DNA of 63,750 nt from Clostridia bacterium. Lineage in GTDB: Bacteria; Bacillota; Clostridia; Oscillospirales; CAG-382. The translations under genes and the position numbers were made by a program. This document shows, one piece after another, positions 35,768 to 46,316 of the stretch; within the stretch, counting starts at the first letter, position 1, and every line of letters starts with the position of its first letter. The notes under the pieces are model-generated. The model ran no database searches. It was not told the origin of the DNA and saw only the letters and a list, made by a program, of their open reading frames with translations. The stretch is taken from positions 1 through 63,750 of the forward strand of contig JAFQHW010000008.1 of NCBI GenBank assembly GCA_017397805.1, in the 5' to 3' direction.

Positions 35768-36754
35768 ATGGTTTCAATAGCTTCTGTAATTCAACGCGCC
35801 CTTGTACAAAGCGCACCTTTGCTGTTCGGTTCTACCGGTGAGATATTGACCGAAAAATCCGGCCACCTCAACTTGGGTACCGCAGGTACTATGTATGTTG
35901 GAGGTATTTGCGGTGTTATCGGCGCTTTCTTCTACGAAAGGAGCATACCCGATGGCGGTACGCTGAATCCTTTTTTAGCAATTATCATTCCCCTAATTTG
36001 CAGTATAATCGGTTCTTTGATTATGGGACTTATATATTGCTTCTTGACTGTTACTTTAAGGGCAAACCAAAACGTAACGGGTCTTGCACTTACTACGTTC
36101 GGTACGGGTATCGGTAACTTCTTTGGCGGTTCGTTGGTTAAGCTTGTGGATAGCGACGTTGCATCCGTTAATTTTTCAAGAACCAGTGAGCTGTACAGAG
36201 CGTATCTGCCTTTTGCCGACAATTTAGGTTGGTTTGGACAGATTTTCCTGTCACACGGCTTTCTGTTTTACCTTGGTATAGTTTTAGCAATTATTTCCAC
36301 TTTTGTTCTGAACAAAACCGCTAAAGGCTTAAATCTTCGCGCAGTGGGTGAAAATCCTGCTACGGCAGATGCGGCAGGTATTAGGGTTAATCTCTACAAG
36401 TATGTGGCAACCTGTGTTGGCAGTATAATTTCAGGTCTTGGCGGTCTGTATTACGTTATGGAGATAGGTAACTGGTCCAACGACGGATTTGGTGACAGAG
36501 GTTGGTTGGCTATAGCTTTGGTTATCTTTGCTGTTTGGAAGCCTAACTTTGCAATTCTCGGTTCCATACTGTTTGGCGGACTTTATATTGCTCACATCTT
36601 TATACCGAATATCTCCGCTTCCGTAAGCGAGCTTATAAAGATGTTACCTTATGCGGTAACGATAATAGTTCTAATCGTTACGAGCTTGCGCAGAAAGAGA
36701 GAGAATCAGCCTCCGGCGCATTTGGGCTTGTCTTACTTTAGAGAAGAACGATAA
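35768..36754 (+). CDS. Nucleoside ABC transporter permease
   Basis: GEILTEKSGHLNLG, ANQNVTG, GLNLRAVGENP.TADAAGI, GWLAIALV, MLPY. Confidence 0.88.
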   Translation: MVSIASVIQRALVQSAPLLFGSTGEILTEKSGHLNLGTAGTMYVGGICGVIGAFFYERSIPDGGTLNPFLAIIIPLICSIIGSLIMGLIYCFLTVTLRANQNVTGLALTTFGTGIGNFFGGSLVKLVDSDVASVNFSRTSELYRAYLPFADNLGWFGQIFLSHGFLFYLGIVLAIISTFVLNKTAKGLNLRAVGENPATADAAGIRVNLYKYVATCVGSIISGLGGLYYVMEIGNWSNDGFGDRGWLAIALVIFAVWKPNFAILGSILFGGLYIAHIFIPNISASVSELIKMLPYAVTIIVLIVTSLRRKRENQPPAHLGLSYFREER

Positions 36755-36761
36755 AACAATA

Positions 36762-36802
36762 AAAGTACGCGGTTTAAGCTTTTTGCCTAAACCGCGTATT
36801 TT
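36762..36802. terminator. Bidirectional terminator
   Basis: TACGCGGTTTA / TAAACCGCGTA inverted repeat between convergent genes. Confidence 0.7.
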
Positions 36803-37487
36803 AGTTGATACCACACAAATCTTTGATAATTTCACCGGCAATTATCATACCGGCAACGGAGGGTACAAAGGACACCGAACTCACCGTTTTTTCCTTAACT
36901 TTCGGTTGCTCCTTGCTGTAAACCACCTTAAGCTTTTTAACGCCCTCGTCTTTTAAAAGCTTGCGCATCACTTTTGCCAAGGGGCAAACGGAGGTTTTAA
37001 AAATGTCCGTGCATTCAAAAGCCATAGGGTCGAGCTTGTTGCCCGTGCCCATCGACGAAATAACGGGGATACCCATTTTTTCTCCGTTGAAAGCCAATGA
37101 AACTTTAGCACTGATATTATCTATTGCATCGGCAATATAATCGGGTTTGTATTTTTTAATCAAAATCGGTATATTTTCTTTGTTCAGAAAAATATCTTCT
37201 GTATAGCACACAACATCGTGATTGACGGAAATCACACGCTTTTTAGCTTCATCGGTTTTCCTGCACCCGATATTTTGTGAGGTAGCAAACAGTTGTCTGT
37301 TAAGATTGCTTTCATCAAAACAATCGTTATCGATAAGCAACAGCTTGCCGACACCCGCTCTTGCCAATGCTTCGACGATATACCCTCCGACGCCGCCGAG
37401 ACCGCAAACCATTACGAGCTTGTCAGATAAGAGGGCAGTGGATTTATCGCCTAATAAAGGGATTTGCCTTGCATATCTTTCACTCAT
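36801..37487 (-). CDS. tcdA: tRNA threonylcarbamoyladenosine dehydratase (ThiF/E1-like)
   Basis: GLGGVG, SNLNRQ, DAID, SSMGTGNKLDP, CPLAKVMR. Confidence 0.85.
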   Translation of the reverse strand: MSERYARQIPLLGDKSTALLSDKLVMVCGLGGVGGYIVEALARAGVGKLLLIDNDCFDESNLNRQLFATSQNIGCRKTDEAKKRVISVNHDVVCYTEDIFLNKENIPILIKKYKPDYIADAIDNISAKVSLAFNGEKMGIPVISSMGTGNKLDPMAFECTDIFKTSVCPLAKVMRKLLKDEGVKKLKVVYSKEQPKVKEKTVSSVSFVPSVAGMIIAGEIIKDLCGIN

Positions 37488-39865
37488 TTGTGTTTACCCG
37501 TCAATTCGACAATAGTAACACCCGTGTCACCTTCGCCGTATCTACCGCTACGGAAGGATTTAATCCTTTTGTCGCCTTTCATATATCTCCATAAAGCGGC
37601 TCTGAGTGCGCCGGTGCCTTTACCGTGAATAAGGGTAACGGTTGAATAACCCGCAGTTACGGCACTATCCAAATATCTGTCTACCATAAACCAAGCATCG
37701 TCACCCGTCTCGCCTCTAAGGTCAATTTCGTTTTTAACGGATTCTCTGAGGGGGGAGATGGGTGCGCTTTTTTCGAATCCTTCGGGGATTTGAACTTCTT
37801 CCGCCAATAATCTTAAATTTGAAATCGGGGTCTTCGTTTTAATAATACCTGCTTGAACAACGGCTTTTTTTCCTTCAATAGAAACGACTACGCCTTTTTT
37901 GTTTATGTCTGCAAGTAATACCGAATCGCCTTTTTCCAAGGGGCGCGGTAAAACGTACTCTTCGTCGGGCGTATCTGTTTCTATCGCCTTATAAACCTGC
38001 TCTCCGCCGCTTTTTAAAGCGTTTCTGATGTCTGCGCGTGATTTTTCCAAGCGCTCTTTAGCATCGGCTTTATCTTTATCTTTTTGCAATTTTTTCAGCT
38101 CGTCGAAAATAAACTCGCTGGAAGCTTTAGCGCTGGCAAGGATGGCATTAGCTTGCTCTCTGGCTCTTGAAATCTCCTTCTCGCTGCGCTCTTCCAAAAG
38201 CTTCGCCTTTTCCTCCGCTTCTGCAATGCGCTTCTCAGCGGCCGATTTTTCAGCCGCAAGGGCGGCGCGCTCTTTTTCCAAGAAGCTTTCCGTTGCTTCA
38301 AGCTTAGTCAACACGTCTTCAAACTTTTTATTATCCTCTTTCATGATCTTAGCGGCAGCTTCGATTATTTCGGAGGATATACCAAGTCTTGCGGAAATTG
38401 AAAATGCGTTAGACTTACCGGGTAATCCCGTAATCAGTCTGTAGGTGGGTTTTAAGGTTTCAACGTCAAACTCGCAGGATGCGTTAAGTACGTCATCGTT
38501 TTCTAAGGCGTATAGCTTAAGTTCGGCATAGTGGGTAGTGGCAGCGGACAAAGCGCCGCGCTTTTTTACGTGTTCCAATATAGCAACGGCTAAGGCGGCA
38601 CCCTCTACGGGGTCGGTTCCTGCGCCAAGCTCGTCAAAAAGCACAAGACTGTCACCGTCAAGATTATCAAGGATAGAAGCTACGTTAACCATATGTGCAG
38701 AGAAGGTGGATAAGGACTGTTCTATGCTCTGCTCGTCGCCAATATCTGCAAGTATATCGGAGAAAACAGGTAACTCTGAGCCGTAAATGCAGGGGATATG
38801 CAAACCGCATTGTGACATCATGGCAAAAAGTCCAATGGTTTTTAACGTTACGGTCTTACCGCCGGTATTTGGACCGGTTATTATCATAGACTTTTCTTGC
38901 TTTCCGTATTCAAGGCTTATAGGTACAACGGCGTCCTTGTCTATAAGCGGATGTCTTGCTTTTATAAGCTTGATATTTCGTCCGTTTCTCGGCATTATTG
39001 CAGGACAAGCGTCCAATTCGTAGGAATAAGCCGCCTTTGCAAAAATGCAAGCCAAGTCGGTAATAACCTTGCAATTCAAGGTGAGTTGGTTTATAAAACG
39101 AACGACCTCGTCGGTTAACTGTGATAATATCCTGGATATTTCTTCTTCCTCCGCGGATTTAAGTTCGCGCAGTCTGTTGTTTGCTTCCAATACTGCCAAT
39201 GGCTCAATAAAGAGGGTGGCGCCGGAAGCAGACGTGTCGTGAAGCAAGCCCTTTACCTCGTTTTTATACTCGGCCTTTACGGGCACTACATATCTTCCGC
39301 CTCTTATGGTAACGATGTTTTCCTGAAGATACTTGGATTTGTGCCCGCTTGTGTACCCTGAAAGTATATCCCTGATAGAACTTTCGGTTTTGCGTATATC
39401 CCGTCTTATTCTGTAAAGTGTATCGCTTGCATCATCAGATATCATATCTTCGCCTATTATGGCGGAAGAAATGCTTTTTTCAAGAAATGCGTTTTCCTGC
39501 AAAAGCTCAAAATAATTCTCAAGGCATCCGCAGTCGCCGCCTTTGTATTTGTTGAGGGAAGCAACGGTGCGAAGCACGTAAGCTACCGATAAAAGCTCGG
39601 AAGGAGAGAGAACACCGCCTCTTGCGGCTCTGTCAAGAAGCGCGCTTATATCCTTAGAGGAGCCGAAGGGGGGCGCGCCCTTGACCATAACCATCTCTTT
39701 TGCTTTTGTGGTTTCTTCGGTTAGTCGAGCTACTACAACGGGATCATCCGAGGGTGTTAGCTCCAACAGCTTTTTTCTTGCGGCTTCCGTTCTTGCTATA
39801 TCCACAAGCTTTTCTCTTATTTTATTAAACTCAAGTGTATATATAGCTTTTTCAAACTTGCTCAT
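37484..39865 (-). CDS. mutS2: MutS2 endonuclease / ribosome collision factor
   Basis: HDTSASGATLFIEP, ITGPNTGGKT, DIGDEQSIEQSLSTFS, Smr domain IHGKGTG; ATG at 39865. Confidence 0.93.
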   Translation of the reverse strand: MSKFEKAIYTLEFNKIREKLVDIARTEAARKKLLELTPSDDPVVVARLTEETTKAKEMVMVKGAPPFGSSKDISALLDRAARGGVLSPSELLSVAYVLRTVASLNKYKGGDCGCLENYFELLQENAFLEKSISSAIIGEDMISDDASDTLYRIRRDIRKTESSIRDILSGYTSGHKSKYLQENIVTIRGGRYVVPVKAEYKNEVKGLLHDTSASGATLFIEPLAVLEANNRLRELKSAEEEEISRILSQLTDEVVRFINQLTLNCKVITDLACIFAKAAYSYELDACPAIMPRNGRNIKLIKARHPLIDKDAVVPISLEYGKQEKSMIITGPNTGGKTVTLKTIGLFAMMSQCGLHIPCIYGSELPVFSDILADIGDEQSIEQSLSTFSAHMVNVASILDNLDGDSLVLFDELGAGTDPVEGAALAVAILEHVKKRGALSAATTHYAELKLYALENDDVLNASCEFDVETLKPTYRLITGLPGKSNAFSISARLGISSEIIEAAAKIMKEDNKKFEDVLTKLEATESFLEKERAALAAEKSAAEKRIAEAEEKAKLLEERSEKEISRAREQANAILASAKASSEFIFDELKKLQKDKDKADAKERLEKSRADIRNALKSGGEQVYKAIETDTPDEEYVLPRPLEKGDSVLLADINKKGVVVSIEGKKAVVQAGIIKTKTPISNLRLLAEEVQIPEGFEKSAPISPLRESVKNEIDLRGETGDDAWFMVDRYLDSAVTAGYSTVTLIHGKGTGALRAALWRYMKGDKRIKSFRSGRYGEGDTGVTIVELTGKHK

Positions 39866-40655
39866 CTTCTTGTCCTTTCGGTAGACACGCATATTTAAAA
39901 GATTTATACAACGGTAATGATTTCGGTACGTATTCCAACCGGCGTAATAAATATTTTTCACTTATGTCGGCGAAAATATTAAGGGTATCCTCGTCCGTTT
40001 TGAACTTGAATATATTATGCTTTTCCGCGTTTATAACGAACAGCATTGATCGGTAAACGCCTGCAGGCATCAAAAGTACGGGCCCTCTGCTTTTAATTTT
40101 TGGCTTGCAAGACCCACATCGAACACAGCTCGTGTCTATGTCAAAATAGGTAAAAGCTTCGTCAGAAGGAAGGTCTTTGCCGCAGCAGTCACACTCGTTA
40201 ATGTATGGAGCAATTCCCAACAAAGTACCTAAACGCACTTCAAAGACGGCTTTAACGTGGTCGAGAGGGTAATCCTCTTTTTCCAAAGTGTGAAAAGTAT
40301 TCAAGAGTAGGCGAAAGACCTCGGTATCATCGGAATTTCCCACCAATGATATTTTGCAAAGCTCTGCACAATACGAAGCCAAAGAGAAGCGTTCAATGTC
40401 CTTGGAAAGCTCAAAAAAGCTTCGGTTATATACCGCATCAAGTATCGTAAGAACACCGGGATTGTAGCCGCTGTAAAAATGGAATTCGCTGTAAGTAAAT
40501 AGCTGACAGCACCTAAAATATCCCGCACCGACATTCTTTCCGCCTGCCGCTTTTGCGTATATTACACCGCGATTCTCTGTGAGGATCGTCAATATTTTGC
40601 CTTTTTCGCCGGAATCTGATTGCTTTATCACAAGCCCACGGCATTTGATGTACAT
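39852..40655 (-). CDS. recO: DNA repair protein RecO
   Basis: GE.GKILTILTENRG N-terminal OB fold, CDCC...CGSC zinc motif, position after era. Confidence 0.85.
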   Translation of the reverse strand: MYIKCRGLVIKQSDSGEKGKILTILTENRGVIYAKAAGGKNVGAGYFRCCQLFTYSEFHFYSGYNPGVLTILDAVYNRSFFELSKDIERFSLASYCAELCKISLVGNSDDTEVFRLLLNTFHTLEKEDYPLDHVKAVFEVRLGTLLGIAPYINECDCCGKDLPSDEAFTYFDIDTSCVRCGSCKPKIKSRGPVLLMPAGVYRSMLFVINAEKHNIFKFKTDEDTLNIFADISEKYLLRRLEYVPKSLPLYKSFKYACLPKGQEDEQV

Positions 40656-40658
40656 AAA

Positions 40659-41549
40659 CTATTCCTCGTTGTTGTAACCGAAATCGGCAAGCAACGTTCT
40701 TCTGTCGCGCCAATTTTCTTTAACCTTAATCCAGAGGTCAAGATGAATGTGTGCACCTAACATTTTTTCGGCATCTTCTCTTGCGTAGGTGCCGATTTTT
40801 TTAAGCATTGCTCCGTTTTTTCCTATAAGTATGGATTTGTGCGCTTCTTTTTCGCAGTATATTTCCGCACGCACTTTTATAATATCTTTGTCTTCTTTGT
40901 ATTCCTCTATAACCACTGCAACACCGTGGGGCACTTCGTCTTCGGTCAAGCGCAAGATCTTTTCTCTGATAAGCTCTGCCAAAAGCTGTCTTTCGGGTGT
41001 GTCCGTGTACATATCATCGGGGAAAAAGTGAGGCGATTCAACGAGCAAAGGCTCAAGCTCTTCAAATATGATTTCCACACCGTCGTTTTGCAAAGCAGAG
41101 ATAGGGATAACCGCGTGGAAGTCGTAATCACTGCTTATCTTGTAAATATACTCTGCAAGCTCGCCCTTATCGATGGCATCCACCTTGTTTATTACCAAAA
41201 TAACCTTCGCACCACTGTCACAATTCTTTCTAAGCGCATCTTTTTCTGCGGAATTAAGCCTTGTGGTTGCATCCACTACGAATAAAACTATATCTGCATC
41301 AACAGAAGCATTATCAGCCGCTTTCATCATATACTCGCCAAGCAAATTGCGGGGGCGGTGTAAGCCGGGAGTGTCAATAAAAACGTATTGATCTTCACCT
41401 TTTGTGATTACACCGGTAATTCTGTTGCGTGTAGTTTGCGGGCGTTTTGATACGATTGCAATTTTTTCACCAATCAGTGTGTTTATTAACGTAGATTTAC
41501 CTACGTTAGGCTTTCCTGTAATAATTATAAAAGCTGTTTTTGTAGCCAT
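40659..41549 (-). CDS. era: GTPase Era
   Basis: GKPNVGKSTL, QTTR, DTPG, NKVD, KH domain, VKENWR. Confidence 0.95.
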   Translation of the reverse strand: MATKTAFIIITGKPNVGKSTLINTLIGEKIAIVSKRPQTTRNRITGVITKGEDQYVFIDTPGLHRPRNLLGEYMMKAADNASVDADIVLFVVDATTRLNSAEKDALRKNCDSGAKVILVINKVDAIDKGELAEYIYKISSDYDFHAVIPISALQNDGVEIIFEELEPLLVESPHFFPDDMYTDTPERQLLAELIREKILRLTEDEVPHGVAVVIEEYKEDKDIIKVRAEIYCEKEAHKSILIGKNGAMLKKIGTYAREDAEKMLGAHIHLDLWIKVKENWRDRRTLLADFGYNNEE

Positions 41550-41561
41550 ATTGTATCTCCG

Positions 41562-42014
41562 TTATCTGTTAATTCCGAAATTCAAAAGCACTTCCTCTTG
41601 TCTTCTTTCCATGTATATACGTCCTTCTTCGTCGTCAACATGGTCGTATCCCATAAGATGAAGGGCGGAGTGCACGCAAAGAAAACAAAATTCACGCATA
41701 GGGGAGTGACCGTATTCTTCCGCCTGTGCATAGGCTTTTTCCGTTGAAATAACCACGTCGCCAAAGGAAACGTATCCATCCTCCGTTTCGAAATCCAAGG
41801 TAGGGAAGGAAAGCACGTCGGTAGGTGCATCGATGTTTCTGTATTCTGCGTTTAGCTTTTGGATATGCTCGTTGCAACAAACGGTTAACGATACCTCTCC
41901 TTCCGCTTCGGGAAGTTCCGAAAGTATCGTATATTCAATAACCTTCTTCATTGCATTAAGCGTTTTTCGATCAAAGGCAGTACCGGTAAGATTGCTGAAC
42001 CAAATTTTAATCAT
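41562..42014 (-). CDS. ybeY: rRNA maturation endoribonuclease YbeY
   Basis: PTDVLSF and HSALHLMGYDH. Confidence 0.93.
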   Translation of the reverse strand: MIKIWFSNLTGTAFDRKTLNAMKKVIEYTILSELPEAEGEVSLTVCCNEHIQKLNAEYRNIDAPTDVLSFPTLDFETEDGYVSFGDVVISTEKAYAQAEEYGHSPMREFCFLCVHSALHLMGYDHVDDEEGRIYMERRQEEVLLNFGINR

Positions 42015-43018
42015 CAGTTAAACCTCCGCTTGTAAACACGGCCTTCTTCTCTCCTTGGTTGAGGTTTTTGGCCGTGTTTTTCGTAGGCGAGAATTATTTT
42101 TTGAACCAACGGATGACGAACAACGTCTTTGTGGGAAAACTTGAAAATAGATATTCCGTTTATATCGTTAAGGATTTCAATAGCCTCAACAAGTCCGCTT
42201 TTTTTTATATACGGCAAGTCGATTTGAGTAACGTCGCCCGTGATTATTGCTTTTGAATTGTTGCCCAATCTGGTTAAAAACATCTTCATTTGTTCGGGGG
42301 TGGTATTTTGAGCTTCGTCGAGAATTATGAAGGCGTCGTCAAGGGTGCGTCCGCGCATATATGCCAAGGGCGCTATTTCTATGATGTTTTTTTCGTGGAA
42401 GCGAGAAAAGTTTTCGCCGCCCAGCATCTCACCCAAGGCATCATACAAGGGTCTTAAATAAGGGTCGATTTTACTTTGAAGGTCACCGGGCAGGAAACCT
42501 AATTTTTCACCCGCTTCAACCGCCGGACGAGTAAGGATTATACGCGATATTTCCTTAGCTTTTAACGCGGAAACAGCCATCGCAACGGCTAAAAAAGTTT
42601 TACCCGTGCCTGCGGGACCAACGCCGAATATAACTGTGTTGCTCCTTATAGCGTCTACATACCTCTGTTGACCTACCGTTTTAGCTTTAATAGGCTTGCC
42701 TTTATTTGTTAAGCAAATGCAGCTACTGTAAATTTCCGAAAGCTCGGATTCTCTTTGCTCTTTTACCATGGAAATAACGTAGTTCAAGCTGTTTTCGTCA
42801 ATGGTTTCGTTCAGAGAGGATAATTTTTCAAGCTGTTCTATGGCTTTGCTTGCCATTTTGGTCATCGTTTCGTCTTCACCGATGATTTTGATGCTGTCAC
42901 CGCGGTTGATTATGCTTACGTTGAAAGCGTTTTCCAATATTTCAACGTTTGTATCCAATGTGCCGAAAAGCTTTAACAAAAAATCAATGTTAAGCTCACT
43001 CATGTCTCTTTCAGTCAT
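42014..43018 (-). CDS. phoH: PhoH-like ATPase (YbeZ)
   Basis: GPAGTGKTFLA, RPAVEAGEKLGFLPG, YMRGRTL, DEAQN, DVVRHPLV. Confidence 0.93.
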   Translation of the reverse strand: MTERDMSELNIDFLLKLFGTLDTNVEILENAFNVSIINRGDSIKIIGEDETMTKMASKAIEQLEKLSSLNETIDENSLNYVISMVKEQRESELSEIYSSCICLTNKGKPIKAKTVGQQRYVDAIRSNTVIFGVGPAGTGKTFLAVAMAVSALKAKEISRIILTRPAVEAGEKLGFLPGDLQSKIDPYLRPLYDALGEMLGGENFSRFHEKNIIEIAPLAYMRGRTLDDAFIILDEAQNTTPEQMKMFLTRLGNNSKAIITGDVTQIDLPYIKKSGLVEAIEILNDINGISIFKFSHKDVVRHPLVQKIILAYEKHGQKPQPRREEGRVYKRRFN

Positions 43019-43034
43019 TTAATGCCTCCGAAAA

Positions 43035-43862
43035 TTAAATAAGTCTGAACTTTAAGCTTATATCAAGCGCTTTTACGGAGTGGGTAAGCGCACCGATGGA
43101 AATCAAATCAACGCCTGTGGAAGCTACTTCTTTAAGGTCACGCTCACCCATATTGCCGCTGGCCTCGGTAACTGCGCGTCCTGCAATAAACGTAACTGCC
43201 GCTTTCATCTGCTCACAATTCATATTATCAAGCATAATGATGTCGGCACCTGCGTTTAAAGCTTCCGCTACCTGTTCCATATTTTCCGTTTCAACTTCGA
43301 TTTTAAGTGTGTGAGGCGCGTAAGCTTTAGCCTTCGTAACAGCGTTGGTTATACTGCCTGCGGCGGCTATGTGATTATCTTTGATAAGGATACCGTCGGA
43401 AAGCCCGAAGCGATGATTAACGGCGCCGCCTATACGAACTGCATATTTATCAAGCGTCCTTAGGCCGGGCATGGTTTTTCTTGTGTCTGTAACCCTTGCC
43501 TTATAGCCTTTTGCGCTTTCCACTGCTATTCTCGTAGCTGTGGCAATGCCGCTTGCTCTTTGCATAAGGTTAAGGGCGGTTCTCTCACCCATCAATATGC
43601 TTCTTGCGTTGCCTTTAACGGTGGCAATAACGTCACCCTTCTTTATCACGTCGCCGTCTTTTACCAAGGGGGTGTATTCAACACCGCCGCCCGCAAGTTC
43701 AAAGCTCCGTCTTGCTATTTCGATGCCGCAAACAACGCCGTCTGCTTTAGCTTTGAATTCACCCTCGGCAATAGCATCGGCATTAACCGTAGCAACGGTC
43801 GTTATGTCGCCGTTGGGCATATCTTCTTCTAAGGACATATTTATAATCTTATCAAATTCCAT
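43035..43862 (-). CDS. nadC: Nicotinate-nucleotide diphosphorylase
   Basis: DTRKTMPG, HRFGLSD, IKDNH, EVE, IMLDN, EASG. Confidence 0.95.
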   Translation of the reverse strand: MEFDKIINMSLEEDMPNGDITTVATVNADAIAEGEFKAKADGVVCGIEIARRSFELAGGGVEYTPLVKDGDVIKKGDVIATVKGNARSILMGERTALNLMQRASGIATATRIAVESAKGYKARVTDTRKTMPGLRTLDKYAVRIGGAVNHRFGLSDGILIKDNHIAAAGSITNAVTKAKAYAPHTLKIEVETENMEQVAEALNAGADIIMLDNMNCEQMKAAVTFIAGRAVTEASGNMGERDLKEVASTGVDLISIGALTHSVKALDISLKFRLI

Positions 43863-43866
43863 AATG

Positions 43867-45411
43867 CTACTCCTCAATAATGTAATGTGCGCCTACGCTT
43901 TCTTTTCTGTCAAAAGCGGCTTTTACTATTTTTAGTCCGTTTTGAAGCATATTATAAACCTTGTAGTGATAGGGCGTGGCAAGATATGTATGGTCAAGCT
44001 GTTCTTCTAAATCCATAAATTTTGAAATTGCCTTCTCTAAGCCCTTAAAGCTTCTTTCGGGACCGGCATAGGTGGACATGGTCGTTTTTATAATCTTCTC
44101 TATTTGCGAGAAAAATTCGTTAGTGTGTACGACAGTTGCTCGGAAGTCGGTGTTAAGGGCAGGATTTTTCGCTCCGCAAGGTTTAAAGTTTTCGTTTATA
44201 TATCTTGCGGCACGTCTGCCGAATACAAGACATTCCAAAACGGAATTGGAAGCCAATCTGTTAGCACCGTGTATGCCGCTTTCCGCACATTCACCGCAAC
44301 AGAACAACCCCTCTATGTTTGTGCGACCGTCGGTATCGGTTTTTACACCGCCCATAAAATAATGCTGTGCAGGGCGAACCGGTATGCTGTCAGCAGTAAG
44401 GTTTATGCCTTGCTCCGTGCACTGCCTGTAAATGGTGGGGAAGCGATTTGCAAAAAACTCGGTTGTCATGGATGACGTATCCAAGAACACTCTGTCGCCG
44501 CCGTTTAACTTCAGCTCTTTTAAAATCTCCCTCGTTACGATATCTCTGGGTGCCAAGTCAGCCAATGGATGCTTTCCTTGCATAAAGGCTTCACCTTTGT
44601 AATTGCGAAGGATAGCGCCCTCTCCTCTGACAGCTTCGGAGATCAAAAACAGTCTTGACGGATTATCGTTGGGGATTAAAGTCGTGGGATGGAACTGCAC
44701 CATTTCCATATGAGAAAGGGTTGCTCCCGCTCTTGCGGCGGCAGCAATTCCGTCACCTACGGCACCGATAGAGTTGGTGGTATACTGATATATTTGACCG
44801 ATTCCGCCCGTGGCAACAACCAAATTGTTGGTTTTTAAGATTCTATACTCGTTGCCCACCATAACGAGAGCACCGCATACTCCTTTGTCATCCGTAAGTA
44901 TATCAACAAGATAGCTTTCGGTGAAGAAATGGAGATTTTCTTTTGTAGCGGCAAGTCTGCCCAATTGCTTGGTGGTCTCCTTGCCGGTAGCATCACCGCC
45001 GCAGTGGACGATTCTGCGCATATGATGACCGCCCTCGCGGGTAATCAACAAATCGCCCTCGGAGTTAACGTCGAAGGGGATTTGCATATCTATAAGTTCT
45101 CTTATATTTTCGGGACCTTCTTCAACTAAAACCTTTACCGCCTTTTCATCGCAAAGTCCCGCACCGGCAATTAATGTGTCTTGTATATGCCCTACGAATT
45201 GGTCCTCTTTGCTTATTACGGCGGCGATACCGCCCTGAGCTAAGTATGAGTTGCTTTCGTCGATATTTGCTTTGGTAACTATGGCAACTTGCATTTCGTT
45301 ATTCAAGTGTAAAGCGCAATACAAGCCGGCGATGCCGCTACCGATTATTACGGCATCAAACGTGTAAGTATCACAGCCTTTTGTGCTGTCGTTATAAATA
45401 AAACTTCTCAT
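43867..45411 (-). CDS. nadB: L-aspartate oxidase
   Basis: GSGIAG, AQGGIAA, REGGH, QFHPT, LISEAVRGEG, HGANRLASNS. Confidence 0.93.
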   Translation of the reverse strand: MRSFIYNDSTKGCDTYTFDAVIIGSGIAGLYCALHLNNEMQVAIVTKANIDESNSYLAQGGIAAVISKEDQFVGHIQDTLIAGAGLCDEKAVKVLVEEGPENIRELIDMQIPFDVNSEGDLLITREGGHHMRRIVHCGGDATGKETTKQLGRLAATKENLHFFTESYLVDILTDDKGVCGALVMVGNEYRILKTNNLVVATGGIGQIYQYTTNSIGAVGDGIAAAARAGATLSHMEMVQFHPTTLIPNDNPSRLFLISEAVRGEGAILRNYKGEAFMQGKHPLADLAPRDIVTREILKELKLNGGDRVFLDTSSMTTEFFANRFPTIYRQCTEQGINLTADSIPVRPAQHYFMGGVKTDTDGRTNIEGLFCCGECAESGIHGANRLASNSVLECLVFGRRAARYINENFKPCGAKNPALNTDFRATVVHTNEFFSQIEKIIKTTMSTYAGPERSFKGLEKAISKFMDLEEQLDHTYLATPYHYKVYNMLQNGLKIVKAAFDRKESVGAHYIIEE

Positions 45412-46316
45412 AAAGCCAACATCCTTTCTATAGGCTTTAAGGCAGCTTCTCTGAGCGCGCTATCAACTATGACCTCACCGCTCATGTTTTCTAACGTGGA
45501 AGCAACCATTTTAAGCGTTATAGCCTTCATACTGTCGCAGAAAAGTTGTTTTTCCGAGGGGATATAAAATTTCTTTTCAGGCATCAACATTGCCATACGT
45601 TCCGTAACTCCCTGCTCGGTGCAAATTATAAATTCACCGCAAGCGCTGTCTTTGCTGTAATCGATGATTTGCGAAGTGCTACCTATGAAATCTGCCATTT
45701 TGCATACTTCGGCAGAACATTCGGGATGTACGAGTATTTCGGCATCGGGGTGTAAGGCCTTGCACGCCTCAACATCCTTTGCGCTTAGTTTGTCGTGTAT
45801 GGGACAACAGCCGTTGGGGTGGAAATAAAACTGTTTATCCGTAACTTTAGATGCCACGTAAGCTCCTAGATTCTTGTCCGGTATAAATATAACGCTGTCT
45901 TCCTTTAAGGATCTTACAACCTTTACCGCGTTGGAGGAGGTGCAACAGATATCGGATACGGCCTTGGTTGCGGCTGTAGAGTTTATATAGCACACAACTG
46001 CACTGTCCGGATGCTTGTTCTTTAACTTTATTACATCGTCGGGAGTTATCGTATCCGCCATATAGCATCCTGCGTTAGGGGCGGGAAGAAGCACTTTTTT
46101 GTCAGGGCAGAGAAGTGCGGCGCTTTCACCCATAAAGCTTACACCGCAAAACACCAAAACGTCAGCATCGGTGTTTTTGCTTTTTCGTGCCAACTCCAAA
46201 GAATCGCCTACTATGTCTGCGATCTGCTGTATTTCAAGAGGCTCGTAATAATGAGCAAGTATTACTGCATTTCTTTCTTTTTTCAGTTTCTCTATTTTTT
46301 CTTTGATAAGGTTCAT
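45408..46316 (-). CDS. nadA: Quinolinate synthase
   Basis: ILAHYY, GDSLELA, FCGVSFM, AGCYMA, YINS, CTSSNA, HPEC. Confidence 0.95.
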   Translation of the reverse strand: MNLIKEKIEKLKKERNAVILAHYYEPLEIQQIADIVGDSLELARKSKNTDADVLVFCGVSFMGESAALLCPDKKVLLPAPNAGCYMADTITPDDVIKLKNKHPDSAVVCYINSTAATKAVSDICCTSSNAVKVVRSLKEDSVIFIPDKNLGAYVASKVTDKQFYFHPNGCCPIHDKLSAKDVEACKALHPDAEILVHPECSAEVCKMADFIGSTSQIIDYSKDSACGEFIICTEQGVTERMAMLMPEKKFYIPSEKQLFCDSMKAITLKMVASTLENMSGEVIVDSALREAALKPIERMLAL